From: a virus
Strand: one strand, 5' to 3'
Length of the DNA stretch: 64,000 nt
Virus record (IMG/VR): IMGVR_UViG_3300000553_000014
Coordinates: 1 to 64,000 of that record
The notes under the pieces are model-generated. The model was given only the letters and a program-made list of their open reading frames with translations, made no database searches and was not told where the DNA came from. Both the position numbers and the translations under genes were made by a program. This document shows, in pieces, positions 19,541 through 29,731 of the stretch. Numbering within the stretch: position 1 is the stretch's first letter; each line of letters begins with the position of its first letter.

Positions 19541-19885
19541 ATGGCTAATTTAACAACAAAATATAAAAATAGTCGTGATATGTTATTTGATAATCTTGTT
19601 TATAAAACATATAAACATTTACCTGAAAAGGAATTTTTTGAAATTAGAAATAAATATCTTAGATGTCGCGATTTATTTTTTAATCAATTTTTTAATGATA
19701 GACTTACAACTTATAAATATCAATTTGAAATTTGTACAATTATAATAACTATTGTTCAAGATTCAATTGATGATAAATTAAATACTGATTCTGAAACAGA
19801 ATTTGAATATTCAATTTTTACTAAATATAAAATACCAATAATTACAAATATTAAAAAACAAAATAATGCTAATGAAAAACTTTGA
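19541..19885 (+). CDS. Hypothetical protein, paralog of 19187
   Basis: As for 19187. Confidence 0.75.
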   Translation: MANLTTKYKNSRDMLFDNLVYKTYKHLPEKEFFEIRNKYLRCRDLFFNQFFNDRLTTYKYQFEICTIIITIVQDSIDDKLNTDSETEFEYSIFTKYKIPIITNIKKQNNANEKL

Positions 19886-20795
19886 AAGACAATATGCAGA
19901 TAGTTTGCATAATTTACTCAAATTCGGTAAAAGAAAAAATAATCGTACAGGAATTACAACATTATCAATTCAACATCAATATTTTTATGTTCATCAACCT
20001 GCATTAGATTTTCCAATTTTAAAAGGTAAAAAAGTTTATCCAAAACTTGCATTAAAAGAAATGATGTGGATGTTAAATGGAAAAGATAATGTTAAATGGT
20101 TGAAAGATAGAGGAGTTAATTATTGGGATAATTGGGCTGATGAAAAAGGTTCAATTGGTAAAAGCTATGGTTATCAATTTAGACGTTGGGTAGATAATTC
20201 AAAATATAAAGGAACTGACCAAACAACATTATTAATACAAGAAATGTTAAATAATCCAGATTCAAGAAGATTAATAATAAATTTATGGAATGTTCAAGAT
20301 TTGGAAGAAATGAGATTACCTCCATGTGTTTATAATTATCAATTTGCAATAAATAAATTGAGAATTAATACATACGAAATAGATTTACATGTTTTATCTC
20401 GTTCAGAAGATTCATTTTTAGGTATGCCTTATGATATTATGGGAGCTTCTTGGTTATTGAAAATTTTTACAACATATTTATCTATGGAAACAGGAAATAA
20501 TTATGTTTGTGGAAATATACATTATACCGCAAATGATTATCATATTTATGAAAATCATATTTCACAAGCTTATGAATATTTAAGTAATATAACTAAAAAT
20601 AAAGATGGAATAATTGATGGAATTGCAAATATTAAAATAGAAATTCCTGAAGATTATAAACTTGAAAATAAGGAACTTAATGAAAGATTTGATAAAACTT
20701 TAAAATTTTGGGATGAACGAAATTATTGTGATTTTAAAATAGAAAAAAATTATAAAGAAGTTTATGGTAAAATAGAAGCTAAAGTTGCTGTGTAA
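19866..20795 (+). CDS. thyA: Thymidylate-synthase-fold enzyme (ThyA-like) with Asp at the substrate-specificity position
   Basis: NRTG, EMMWML, PDSRRL, LPPC, RSEDSFLGMPYD, HIYENH. Confidence 0.9.
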   Translation: MLMKNFERQYADSLHNLLKFGKRKNNRTGITTLSIQHQYFYVHQPALDFPILKGKKVYPKLALKEMMWMLNGKDNVKWLKDRGVNYWDNWADEKGSIGKSYGYQFRRWVDNSKYKGTDQTTLLIQEMLNNPDSRRLIINLWNVQDLEEMRLPPCVYNYQFAINKLRINTYEIDLHVLSRSEDSFLGMPYDIMGASWLLKIFTTYLSMETGNNYVCGNIHYTANDYHIYENHISQAYEYLSNITKNKDGIIDGIANIKIEIPEDYKLENKELNERFDKTLKFWDERNYCDFKIEKNYKEVYGKIEAKVAV

Positions 20796-20936
20796 TTTGA
20801 AGTGATTAATCAAATATATACAAAAGTTAGTTTTTATTAGTTTCGAAACCAAAAAATATTTAATAAAGGTGTCACATTCCAGCCCTTTACAAGACCAACA
20901 GCGTGGAGCTATTAAATATTTTTTTATTTAAAAATA

Positions 20937-21137
20937 ATGGGGAATACAAATAAAAAAGTTACATTAACAATGAGTTTTGAAATAACTCAAAATGAAGCAG
21001 AAACTCAAGATTTTAAAGAATTCAAAAATTTAATAGAATCTGGACAAATGCAAAAAGAAATGAAAAGAACTGTTCCTGGAAATAATAGAGATATATTTAA
21101 ACCTAAAAAAATTAAAGCAACAATAACAATCAAATAA
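20937..21137 (+). CDS. Hypothetical protein
   Basis: ORF 66 aa. Confidence 0.65.
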   Translation: MGNTNKKVTLTMSFEITQNEAETQDFKEFKNLIESGQMQKEMKRTVPGNNRDIFKPKKIKATITIK

Positions 21138-21141
21138 ATTT

Positions 21142-21546
21142 ATGTTACATATAGGTGGTGATTATCAAAAAAGAATAATTGACAAAAAGAATTTAATACC
21201 GAAAAATGAACCGGTTTTTTTATTAAGAGGTAAAGATAAATTAGCTCCAGCATTACTTTTAGAATGGGCTAAACAAATAAGATTATTAGGAGGAGACCCA
21301 GAAGTTGCAGAATTAGTTGAAGCTCAAGCACAAAATATGCTTGATTGGCAAAGAAGAGTTTTAAGAACTCATGGTAAATTACCTGATATGCCAGATGAAA
21401 TTAATGATAAAATTTCAAATATTGTTGAAATTGAAATTACAGAAAAAAGTAATGAAATAATTATATCAAATATTGAAGAATTGTCAATTGCTTTTGGAGA
21501 AGATAAATTAATTCAAATTGGTAAAATTTTAACTAAAATAAAATAA
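21142..21546 (+). CDS. Conserved phage hypothetical protein
   Basis: EPVFLLRGKDKLAP...W motif, which I recall from other phage proteins. Confidence 0.7.
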   Translation: MLHIGGDYQKRIIDKKNLIPKNEPVFLLRGKDKLAPALLLEWAKQIRLLGGDPEVAELVEAQAQNMLDWQRRVLRTHGKLPDMPDEINDKISNIVEIEITEKSNEIIISNIEELSIAFGEDKLIQIGKILTKIK

Positions 21547-21547
21547 A

Positions 21548-21748
21548 ATGATAAAAACAACAATAATTGAAACAAATAAATTTGTTGATATAAATAATGA
21601 ATTAAGTAATAATGAATATTTAAAAACAATAAAATTATTTGGAATTAAACTTTATCAATATTATTATAAATTAGATGTTACATTACCTGATAGAAGTGGA
21701 AATATTGTAAAAGGATTTCAAAATGAACAAAATACTGAAGAATCTTAA
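21548..21748 (+). CDS. Hypothetical protein
   Basis: Coupled ORF. Confidence 0.65.
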   Translation: MIKTTIIETNKFVDINNELSNNEYLKTIKLFGIKLYQYYYKLDVTLPDRSGNIVKGFQNEQNTEES

Positions 21749-21750
21749 TT

Positions 21751-22140
21751 ATGAAATTACTTGAACAACATGAATTTTTACAAAAAATGAAACTTGATAA
21801 AAAAATGTTTCATTATAAAGAAGTTTGGACATGGACTGATACAAAAATTCGTTGGATATATAAAGAATATAATCCAAGAGAAAATATTGTTGTTGGTTAT
21901 ATGTTAATTAGGGTTAGAGGTGAAGGATTTTATCTTTGTAATTTTGAAAAACGAAATATTCAAGAATTTTATTATGGAATTGAATATTTTAAAGTTACTG
22001 ATAAAGAAATTGTTGATGCTTTGTTCAATTTAAGAGAATTTGTTGCTATTGATTTTGGAAACACTTCACAATTTTATGAAGATAAGGATATAGATAATTA
22101 TATAATAAAATTTTTACAAGAAAATAATATTCAAATATAA
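21751..22140 (+). CDS. Hypothetical protein
   Basis: Coupled ORF. Confidence 0.7.
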   Translation: MKLLEQHEFLQKMKLDKKMFHYKEVWTWTDTKIRWIYKEYNPRENIVVGYMLIRVRGEGFYLCNFEKRNIQEFYYGIEYFKVTDKEIVDALFNLREFVAIDFGNTSQFYEDKDIDNYIIKFLQENNIQI

Positions 22141-22328
22141 TGAGTGAATGTTTATATTGTGGACAGAAAAATCCCAAAAAATTAAATGGATATTGTATTA
22201 AATATAGTTGTGAAAATCGTAGAAAACAAGATATTGAAAGTCAACAACAATATAAACAAACAGGATTTGATTTAGATAAAATTCATGAACAAAATTTAAA
22301 ATATAATAAAAAGTTTCAAAATAAATAA
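22140..22328 (+). CDS. Small Cys-rich (zinc-finger-like) protein
   Basis: CLYC...C....C. Confidence 0.65.
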   Translation: MSECLYCGQKNPKKLNGYCIKYSCENRRKQDIESQQQYKQTGFDLDKIHEQNLKYNKKFQNK

Positions 22329-22344
22329 TTTTAAATAATTATAA

Positions 22345-25300
22345 ATGACTAAAATCGCACATTATGCGGACATACAAGTTAAGAACCGTGAAAAACCATT
22401 ATATAATGTTTACAGAAATACTCTGAAACAAATAGAATTTCATATTGAACAAACTGAAGTTGAAATCGCAGTACTTGCAGGAGATTTCTTTGAATATGAT
22501 ATTCCAAATGATTCTGAAAGAAAATTAATCAATAATCATTTAGCACATTTATTGAATATTAAAACATTAAAAGAAATTGTTTTAATCGCTGGTAATCACG
22601 ACTTAACTAAAGACAAAAAACAAATTGATACTCTAATTGGTTTCAATCCAATTAGTATTTTCAATGATATGATGAATACTTTAGATAAGAAAAAAGCTGA
22701 AAAAATAATTTATATTAAAGAATCAAAAATTTATCAATCAAAAGTTGATGAAAAAATTAATTATATTGGATATAGTTTAGAAGATGGATGTAATCCAGAT
22801 TTAAGTTTAATAAATCCAGATAAAATAAATATTTGTATTTTTCATGCAATGATTCGCGAATATGTTGATTTACGAAAATTACCCGTAAGAAAAGATATTT
22901 TGAATTCTTTATTTAGTTTGGAACAATTTCCAGCAAATTCATTAATTCTTGCAGGGGATATACATGAAAATTTAAAATTTGATGGATTAAATGACCAAAT
23001 ATTTTACTATCCAGGTTCAACCACGCAACATACACATAATGAAGGCTCTTTTTATAAAATATCAGATGATATTGAAATAAAAATTGGTGAAACTAAATCA
23101 ATAAAAATATTTTCTTTTGATGAACAAGAATTTGGAACACAAGATATTGAATTAGAAAATCCAATTATTTATAATACAATTTCATTAGATTTTCGTATTC
23201 CATATCCAATAATAAAAGGACATCTTGAAAATTTGGAATTAACTTATGGTACATTACAAACATATATTAAAGTTAAATCTTCAAATATTTTTGTTCAAAA
23301 AGAAGCTGAAATTTTTAAAACACTTAGTGATAAAAATGTTAAAGATAAAGTAACAATTTATTTTGAATATGATAAATTTGTTCAAAATTCTATAAGTTCA
23401 GAAAATAAAATTATTAATGAAATTATTGAAGAGAAGAAAAATTCAGTAACAATTCAAAATCCTGAACAAGAATCTACTGATTTAGTAATAAATCAAGATA
23501 ATATTGATGAATTAATTTTAAATCAAGAACAATTAAATAAATTATTTACTTCAGTTCTTGATGAAATGTTAATTTCAACTAAAAGTGAATTTGATGATTT
23601 AACTTTAGATGAAATTAAAATAGATATAATAGGATTATTTGAAAAAGAATTAAATTCAACTACAGCTTTAACAACCAAAAGATATAAAACAATTTTTAAA
23701 TCAATAAAAACTAATTGTTTTATGTCATTAGGTGAAAATCAAGTAAATCTTGATATTCCTGGAATTATTAGAATTTTAGGAACTAATGGTATTGGGAAAA
23801 CAACATTATATAATATGATTCGTTGGGTTATAACTGGATTTGTATATGATGGAATGTCAAAAAATAATGTTGTTAAAAATAATTTAATTGTTTTTAATAA
23901 AAATCTTATTGATATTGATTATGTTAATGTTGAATTATTTGCTAATATAAATAATTTAAACATTTCTATGATTAGAACAGTTGTGAGGAAATGGAAAAAT
24001 AATACAACTGATGAACAAAAAATGTCTTTAAATTGGAAAGATTATGTTGGAGGAATTGATAGAACATTTACATTAAATTTAACAACAGAATTAGGACAAG
24101 TTAAAACATATACTGGAGAACAAGCAGAAAAAAATGTTTTAATTTGGTTTGGACAAACAATTGAAAATATTTTGTTTTTAAATCAAACAAAAATTGAATT
24201 AATGTTAGGATTAAATTCAGATAAACTTAATGAATTAATACTTAATTTTATAGGTGTTGATTATTTAAATAAATTAGAAAGTAATCTTGATATTGTTAAA
24301 GGAGATTTATTAAATATTTCAAAACCAAAGAAAATTCGTGAAGATATTCAAAATGCTTTAATTGATAATAAAATCTTTTTAGAAAAAGCTGAAAAAACTT
24401 TGGAAGAAAAAGATATTGAATTAATTAAAACTCTTGAAGAAGAAAATATTGCAAAAACTTTAGTTAAAAAAATTAACACTGAATTACTTTCCATAGGTAA
24501 TATTCCAGAATTAATGGAAAATAAACAACAAGAAATTAATTTAATTATTGAAAAAATTGAAAATTTTGGAGATATTGAAGAAAAAAAGAAATTAATCGAA
24601 TTTGTAGAAATTAAACCAAAATTAAATGAATTATTAATATCTAATTTTGAAGAAAATATTAAATATAATGATAATTCTATTAATGATGAAATTGAAATTA
24701 AAACCGAATTTGAAAGAGAATTAAAAATACTTAATGAAGTTAAAATTCCTGAAATTATTTCAAATGCAAAAGAATTAATTAATTCTGATTTAAAAACATT
24801 AACTGAAGAATTTAATCAATTAATTAAAGATAAAAAAGATAAATATAATGAAATTCTTGTAATAATTGATTCAAAAGTTCAAGCACTTACAGATAAAAAA
24901 ATAAAAACCGATGAAGAAATAAATGATTATAATACAAATATTGGAGTTTTAACAACAGAAATTTCAATATTAAAAATAAAATTTGAAGATATTAATAAAG
25001 AAATAATTTCAGGAGTTTGTGATAAATGTAAAAGACCTTTTGGAACAAAAGAATCTTGGGATATTCATTTAAAAGAACTTGAAGAAAATAAAATAAAAAT
25101 AACTAAAGAAAAATCTGAAAAAGAAAAAGAAAAAGAAATTATTGATATTGAATACACAGCAAGAAAAACTTTATTATCAAAAATTACATCAGCTCAATTA
25201 TTATTGAAATATGTAAGAGATTCAGCTTTACAAGAAAATAATACTTTATTTGAACATCCTTCTTTAGTAAAATCAGAAAATGTTCAATCAATTAAACCAT

Positions 25301-26439
25301 TAATTGATGAAATTGAATTAAAAATTAATAAAAATCAAAAAGAACAAAAAGAATTTAACAAAAAATTATCTAATTTATATTATATTGAAAAAATACAATA
25401 TAATAAATATGAAGAATGCAAAGAATTAATTAAAGAAAATAATGATAAAATATTTTGGGAAAGTATTGATTATATTATTATTGACCATAAAGCTTTAAAT
25501 TTAAAAATTAAAGAATGTCAAGATAGAATTGATAAATATAATTCAAATATTCAAGATTCTAAAGATTTAATTAAATCACTTAATGATGAACATATAACAG
25601 CTTTAGAAAAATATCAAGAACTTTTTAATGCAAATATCTTAGCAAATAAAGAAATTCAAAAATATAATGATTCAATTGAATCATTTAAAAATGAAAAACT
25701 TAATTTAGAAAAAGATAAAATTCGTTTAGAAAAAGAATATTTACTTTTAGAAAATCAAACAGAAAATTATAATTCAATTAATTTAAAATTAAAAACAGCT
25801 GAAGAAAATGAAACATTAATAACAAAAAATGTTAATAATATAAAATCTGAACAAACACAACTTAAACTTAATATTGTTGAATTTAAAAATCAAAAAGAAA
25901 AAATAAATATTGAATATAAAGATTATTTGAAATATATTAAAAATAATTTAATTTGGAAAATTTATTCAAAATTAATTAAAAATAATTTCAAAGAAATTGT
26001 ATTTGAATATTATCGTAATTTTTTAAACAATACATTAAATTATTTATTAGAAGATGTTAATTTCAAATTATTTTGGAATAAAGATTCTGAATTAATTCAT
26101 CTTTCTTATAAAGATGGAAAATGTACTTTTCAACCTGTTCAACAATCTTCTGGAATGGAAACATGTTTTCTTGGATTAAGTTTAATTTATACTATGCACT
26201 TACTTAATGTAAAAAATACTGTTTCACATTTATTTATTGATGAAATTTCAGGTACTTTAAATTCGGGTAAAGAATTAACTTATGAAGCTAAAAATTATAA
26301 AGAATTATTAGTTATTTTATTATCTAAATTTAATGATAAAAGTGTTTTCATAATTGACCATAATATAGATAATTTATTTGAAACAACAACTTATGAAGTT
26401 AGACCAGAAGAATCTGGTTCTAAATATTTTCAATTATAA
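22345..26439 (+). CDS. sbcCD: Fused SbcD (Mre11)-SbcC (Rad50) nuclease-ATPase
   Basis: ADIQ, AGDFF, AGNHD, FHA, GDIH; Walker A GTNGIGKTT, FLNQ, zinc hook CDKC, SSGME, LFIDE, IDH; long coiled coil. Confidence 0.9.
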   Translation: MTKIAHYADIQVKNREKPLYNVYRNTLKQIEFHIEQTEVEIAVLAGDFFEYDIPNDSERKLINNHLAHLLNIKTLKEIVLIAGNHDLTKDKKQIDTLIGFNPISIFNDMMNTLDKKKAEKIIYIKESKIYQSKVDEKINYIGYSLEDGCNPDLSLINPDKINICIFHAMIREYVDLRKLPVRKDILNSLFSLEQFPANSLILAGDIHENLKFDGLNDQIFYYPGSTTQHTHNEGSFYKISDDIEIKIGETKSIKIFSFDEQEFGTQDIELENPIIYNTISLDFRIPYPIIKGHLENLELTYGTLQTYIKVKSSNIFVQKEAEIFKTLSDKNVKDKVTIYFEYDKFVQNSISSENKIINEIIEEKKNSVTIQNPEQESTDLVINQDNIDELILNQEQLNKLFTSVLDEMLISTKSEFDDLTLDEIKIDIIGLFEKELNSTTALTTKRYKTIFKSIKTNCFMSLGENQVNLDIPGIIRILGTNGIGKTTLYNMIRWVITGFVYDGMSKNNVVKNNLIVFNKNLIDIDYVNVELFANINNLNISMIRTVVRKWKNNTTDEQKMSLNWKDYVGGIDRTFTLNLTTELGQVKTYTGEQAEKNVLIWFGQTIENILFLNQTKIELMLGLNSDKLNELILNFIGVDYLNKLESNLDIVKGDLLNISKPKKIREDIQNALIDNKIFLEKAEKTLEEKDIELIKTLEEENIAKTLVKKINTELLSIGNIPELMENKQQEINLIIEKIENFGDIEEKKKLIEFVEIKPKLNELLISNFEENIKYNDNSINDEIEIKTEFERELKILNEVKIPEIISNAKELINSDLKTLTEEFNQLIKDKKDKYNEILVIIDSKVQALTDKKIKTDEEINDYNTNIGVLTTEISILKIKFEDINKEIISGVCDKCKRPFGTKESWDIHLKELEENKIKITKEKSEKEKEKEIIDIEYTARKTLLSKITSAQLLLKYVRDSALQENNTLFEHPSLVKSENVQSIKPLIDEIELKINKNQKEQKEFNKKLSNLYYIEKIQYNKYEECKELIKENNDKIFWESIDYIIIDHKALNLKIKECQDRIDKYNSNIQDSKDLIKSLNDEHITALEKYQELFNANILANKEIQKYNDSIESFKNEKLNLEKDKIRLEKEYLLLENQTENYNSINLKLKTAEENETLITKNVNNIKSEQTQLKLNIVEFKNQKEKINIEYKDYLKYIKNNLIWKIYSKLIKNNFKEIVFEYYRNFLNNTLNYLLEDVNFKLFWNKDSELIHLSYKDGKCTFQPVQQSSGMETCFLGLSLIYTMHLLNVKNTVSHLFIDEISGTLNSGKELTYEAKNYKELLVILLSKFNDKSVFIIDHNIDNLFETTTYEVRPEESGSKYFQL

Positions 26440-26458
26440 CAAATAATACAAATTTTAT

Positions 26459-27091
26459 ATGGAACAAGAAAATAATAAAATGAATAATTTTAGAAATGAA
26501 CTTGAAATTCTTATTAATAAATATTCATTAGAAAATGGAAGTAATACTCCTGATTTTATTTTGGCACATTTTTTAACTGATTGTTTAAAAGCATTTGATG
26601 GAGCTTCAGAAGCTAAACGTAAATATTATGGGCAAGCACAAGAAGGAACAATTTATCATGAATTACATAAAAAATTTATGGAACATATTCCAGAATCATT
26701 AAAATTAAATGAATGTGGAACAAATGATAATAATTTAGAAAAAATTGTCATAACAACAGGTATTCCTGCAGGTTGTGGATTTACTGGTCAAAGTCATTCA
26801 GTTTTTGTTGAAAAAATGACAACAAATATTGCTCCAATTGAATCAACTGATATTCCTGAAATTACAATGATTAAAAAAATTCCTGATGTAATTTGTCATG
26901 AATCAACAAATGAAATTTGTCAAACTTGTCCTGAAATAATAAATTGTACTGAATGTTTTCCAAATATTGAAAATTGTCAAGTAAAAAAATTTGAAGAATT
27001 AAATAAAATTGAAAATTCTTTTGAAAAAGATTCAATTTGTAAATTTTGTAAAAACAATCCATGTATTTGTGAAGATGATTTACCATTTTAG
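26459..27091 (+). CDS. Hypothetical Cys-rich protein ending in SSB-like DDLPF
   Basis: ENGSNTPDFILA..L..CL motif; CxxC clusters; C-terminal EDDLPF. Confidence 0.75.
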   Translation: MEQENNKMNNFRNELEILINKYSLENGSNTPDFILAHFLTDCLKAFDGASEAKRKYYGQAQEGTIYHELHKKFMEHIPESLKLNECGTNDNNLEKIVITTGIPAGCGFTGQSHSVFVEKMTTNIAPIESTDIPEITMIKKIPDVICHESTNEICQTCPEIINCTECFPNIENCQVKKFEELNKIENSFEKDSICKFCKNNPCICEDDLPF

Positions 27092-27098
27092 TTTTGAA

Positions 27099-27128
27099 TG
27101 CTCATTTTATTATAAATTAATGGATATA
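27099..27128 (+). promoter_or_regulatory. Phage bipartite promoter
   Basis: TGCTCAT-N15-TGGATATA. Confidence 0.85.
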
Positions 27129-27159
27129 AAAATTTAATAAGTAATTTAAAAATATTTTT

Positions 27160-27390
27160 ATGGAAAATTCAGATAAAATTGAATTAACTAAACATAATCA
27201 AAGAAAAATTGAATTTGGTGTTGGTTGTCATACAATTAATAAACCAGGAATGATTGTTGGAGAAGGTTCAAAAATACCTATAGGTATTTATGGACAATGT
27301 ATTGAATGTGGAAAAACTCATACAAATTATTCAAATTATTGTAATACGTGTACAGCAAAAAATTTTAATAATATAATTCTAAATAAATAA
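27160..27390 (+). CDS. Small zinc-ribbon protein
   Basis: CIEC...CNTC. Confidence 0.7.
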   Translation: MENSDKIELTKHNQRKIEFGVGCHTINKPGMIVGEGSKIPIGIYGQCIECGKTHTNYSNYCNTCTAKNFNNIILNK

Positions 27391-27392
27391 TT

Positions 27393-27692
27393 ATGATAAC
27401 AATTGACAAAAAAACTGTTGTAATTGAATTTGGCAAAAATGGAATGGGAGCAGTATCTTTACAAAGTAAAAATACAAGTAATTATGGTGGAGATGATGGA
27501 AATATTTTAACTATTCGAGATTTAGAAGAAGCAGTTAAAATTGGTGAAAATCCTGAAAAAGATTCTCCTGATTTACCTAAAGTTGTTTTAACTTTTTATG
27601 ACGAAAAATCTATTGATGTTGTAATTGAAAATTTAAAACGTATTAAACAAAATTTAAAATTTCCACAAGGAAGTTTTGCTTTAGCTTGTTAA
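27393..27692 (+). CDS. Hypothetical protein
   Basis: Coupled ORF. Confidence 0.7.
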   Translation: MITIDKKTVVIEFGKNGMGAVSLQSKNTSNYGGDDGNILTIRDLEEAVKIGENPEKDSPDLPKVVLTFYDEKSIDVVIENLKRIKQNLKFPQGSFALAC

Positions 27693-27696
27693 AATT

Positions 27697-28491
27697 ATGG
27701 AAGATATATTAACAATAATTCCAATTACAAAAAGACAACTTATTTTAGAAGAAGCTTATGATGTAATTGAAAATAATTTAGAATTAAATTCATTAGATGC
27801 AATATTTGATAATTCAGTAACTTTAAAAATGTTAGAAAATTATAGAAATAATGGTTTTGTTATTACTGAAAATAAAAATGTTTTTCTTGATTATTTTCCT
27901 GAATTAAAATGTCATGATTTTTTAGCTAAAGGTAAATCAGCACTTAAAGTTATAAATTATGCAATACAATATAATATAAATACTTTAGATAATAAAGCAA
28001 CATTTGAATATGCTAACATAATGAAAAAATTAAATTTGTCAAATTATGTTACAAAATATTTAGATATATTAATTGTTGAAATTCCATTAAATGCAAGTGA
28101 ATTTGTTGTTAATGTTAATAATGAAACAAAAGAATTTGAATTAGAATTTCGAATTGAAGAAGATTCAATGCCAAGATTTGTTCATTTAAAAACTGATAAT
28201 GAATTACAAATAATTGGCAAATTTTCTGAATTATGGAAAAATAATCAAATTATTTGGGAAGATATTTTACAAAATAAAAATTATTTTTATAATGAATTTG
28301 GAGATTTTGTTAAAAAAGCAAAACTTAATTGTCAAGCATATTATCAAAAACATAAAAGTACTTTTGAAATTTCAGATAAATTTAAAACATTACCAGAAGA
28401 TTTTTTATTATTAAAAATTGGAGAAAAATCAAATGTTTTTGATAGATTTATTGAATTTGAAAATGAAGGAATAATTAATGATAATGCCTAA
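27697..28491 (+). CDS. Hypothetical protein
   Basis: ORF 264 aa. Confidence 0.75.
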   Translation: MEDILTIIPITKRQLILEEAYDVIENNLELNSLDAIFDNSVTLKMLENYRNNGFVITENKNVFLDYFPELKCHDFLAKGKSALKVINYAIQYNINTLDNKATFEYANIMKKLNLSNYVTKYLDILIVEIPLNASEFVVNVNNETKEFELEFRIEEDSMPRFVHLKTDNELQIIGKFSELWKNNQIIWEDILQNKNYFYNEFGDFVKKAKLNCQAYYQKHKSTFEISDKFKTLPEDFLLLKIGEKSNVFDRFIEFENEGIINDNA

Positions 28492-28828
28492 TCAAATTGT
28501 TAATGCACATTTTAATAAATATGATGTTTATATTGGAAGACCTTCAAAATGGGGTAATCCATATTCACATTTAAAAATTAAAGGAACAATTAAAGTTAAA
28601 ACTCGAAAAGAAGCAATCCTTAAATATATTGAATATATTACAAAAGGTTCAGGAAAACCTTTGTTAAAAGATTTATCTGAACTTGAAGGAAAAATATTAG
28701 GATGTTGGTGTTATCCACAAAGATGTCATGGAGAAGTTTTAATCAAATTATTGGAATTAAAAAAACAAAATGAATTTAGAACAAATAATCAAACGAATAA
28801 AGACAATAAAAACAACAATTCAATTTGA
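28478..28828 (+). CDS. DUF4326 family protein
   Basis: YDVYIGRPSKWGNPY, LEGKILGCWCYPQRCHGEVL. Confidence 0.9.
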   Translation: MIMPNQIVNAHFNKYDVYIGRPSKWGNPYSHLKIKGTIKVKTRKEAILKYIEYITKGSGKPLLKDLSELEGKILGCWCYPQRCHGEVLIKLLELKKQNEFRTNNQTNKDNKNNNSI

Positions 28829-29162
28829 TAATGATAAAGAAATTGAAATAATTATTGATAATTATGATATGTTAAATCATCCTGGTTTAAATATTCAAAC
28901 TATTAATACATTATTGGGTAGAATGATTGGAAATCCAATTGAAACTTATTGTGAAGAAAATCCAATTGAAACTGAAATGCAAAAAGCATTAAATTCAAGA
29001 GAATATAAATTATCAAGTTATACATTTGTTGATACTAAAGAAAATACTATAGGTATTTCATTATATGAAGTTAATTCAATGAAATCAAAATATTTTGAAT
29101 ATCAAACTTATGCAGATGCTTATGATGATTTAGAATTTTGTAAAAAGAAATTTAATTATTAA
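28770..29162 (+). CDS. Hypothetical protein
   Basis: ORF 130 aa. Confidence 0.7.
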   Translation: MNLEQIIKRIKTIKTTIQFDNDKEIEIIIDNYDMLNHPGLNIQTINTLLGRMIGNPIETYCEENPIETEMQKALNSREYKLSSYTFVDTKENTIGISLYEVNSMKSKYFEYQTYADAYDDLEFCKKKFNY

Positions 29163-29185
29163 TGAAAATAAAAATATTTTGGAAG

Positions 29186-29237
29186 TGGATAATTAGGTAA
29201 AACTGATTGTCCATTTTTATTTTAAATAATGGATATA
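29186..29237 (+). promoter_or_regulatory. Terminator hairpin fused to phage promoter
   Basis: TGGATAATTAG/CTGATTGTCCA stem then T-tract; TGTCCAT(29208)-N15-TGGATATA. Confidence 0.8.
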
Positions 29238-29267
29238 ATAATTAATAATAATTAATATTTACAAATT

Positions 29268-29453
29268 ATGAGTGTTGATTTAGAAGTTAATGAAAGATTA
29301 CGAAAAGCAAGAGCTTGTTTATCTAAAGCATATAATGAATTAAATATCGTTCTTAATGAAAATACTCAAGGACATGAAAATTTAACATCTCAACATCTTG
29401 AAGAAATTCAACAAGTTTCAATTGAATTAATCAAATTAAGAAAAAGAATATGA
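29268..29453 (+). CDS. Small coiled-coil protein
   Basis: First ORF after promoter. Confidence 0.7.
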   Translation: MSVDLEVNERLRKARACLSKAYNELNIVLNENTQGHENLTSQHLEEIQQVSIELIKLRKRI

Positions 29454-29731
29454 ATGTTTTAGGAACTATTGAAAAATTAAATGAGAAATTAGTATTTTTA
29501 CCAAAATTAGATATTGATATATTTTTTGACATTTGTAAACCAAATGAACAACATATAAAAGAAAATTCTTTATATTTTCTTGATTTGGAAAATATTTCTG
29601 ATTTACAAGAAAATCAAATTATTTATTGTAAATTTATTTATCTTCCATTAGAATTTGTTAATGAAAATTGGAAATATGATGTTAAAATACAAATTCTTGA
29701 TAAAAATGGACAAAAATATTTGAAAGAATGA
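29450..29731 (+). CDS. Hypothetical protein
   Basis: ATGA-coupled. Confidence 0.7.
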   Translation: MNVLGTIEKLNEKLVFLPKLDIDIFFDICKPNEQHIKENSLYFLDLENISDLQENQIIYCKFIYLPLEFVNENWKYDVKIQILDKNGQKYLKE

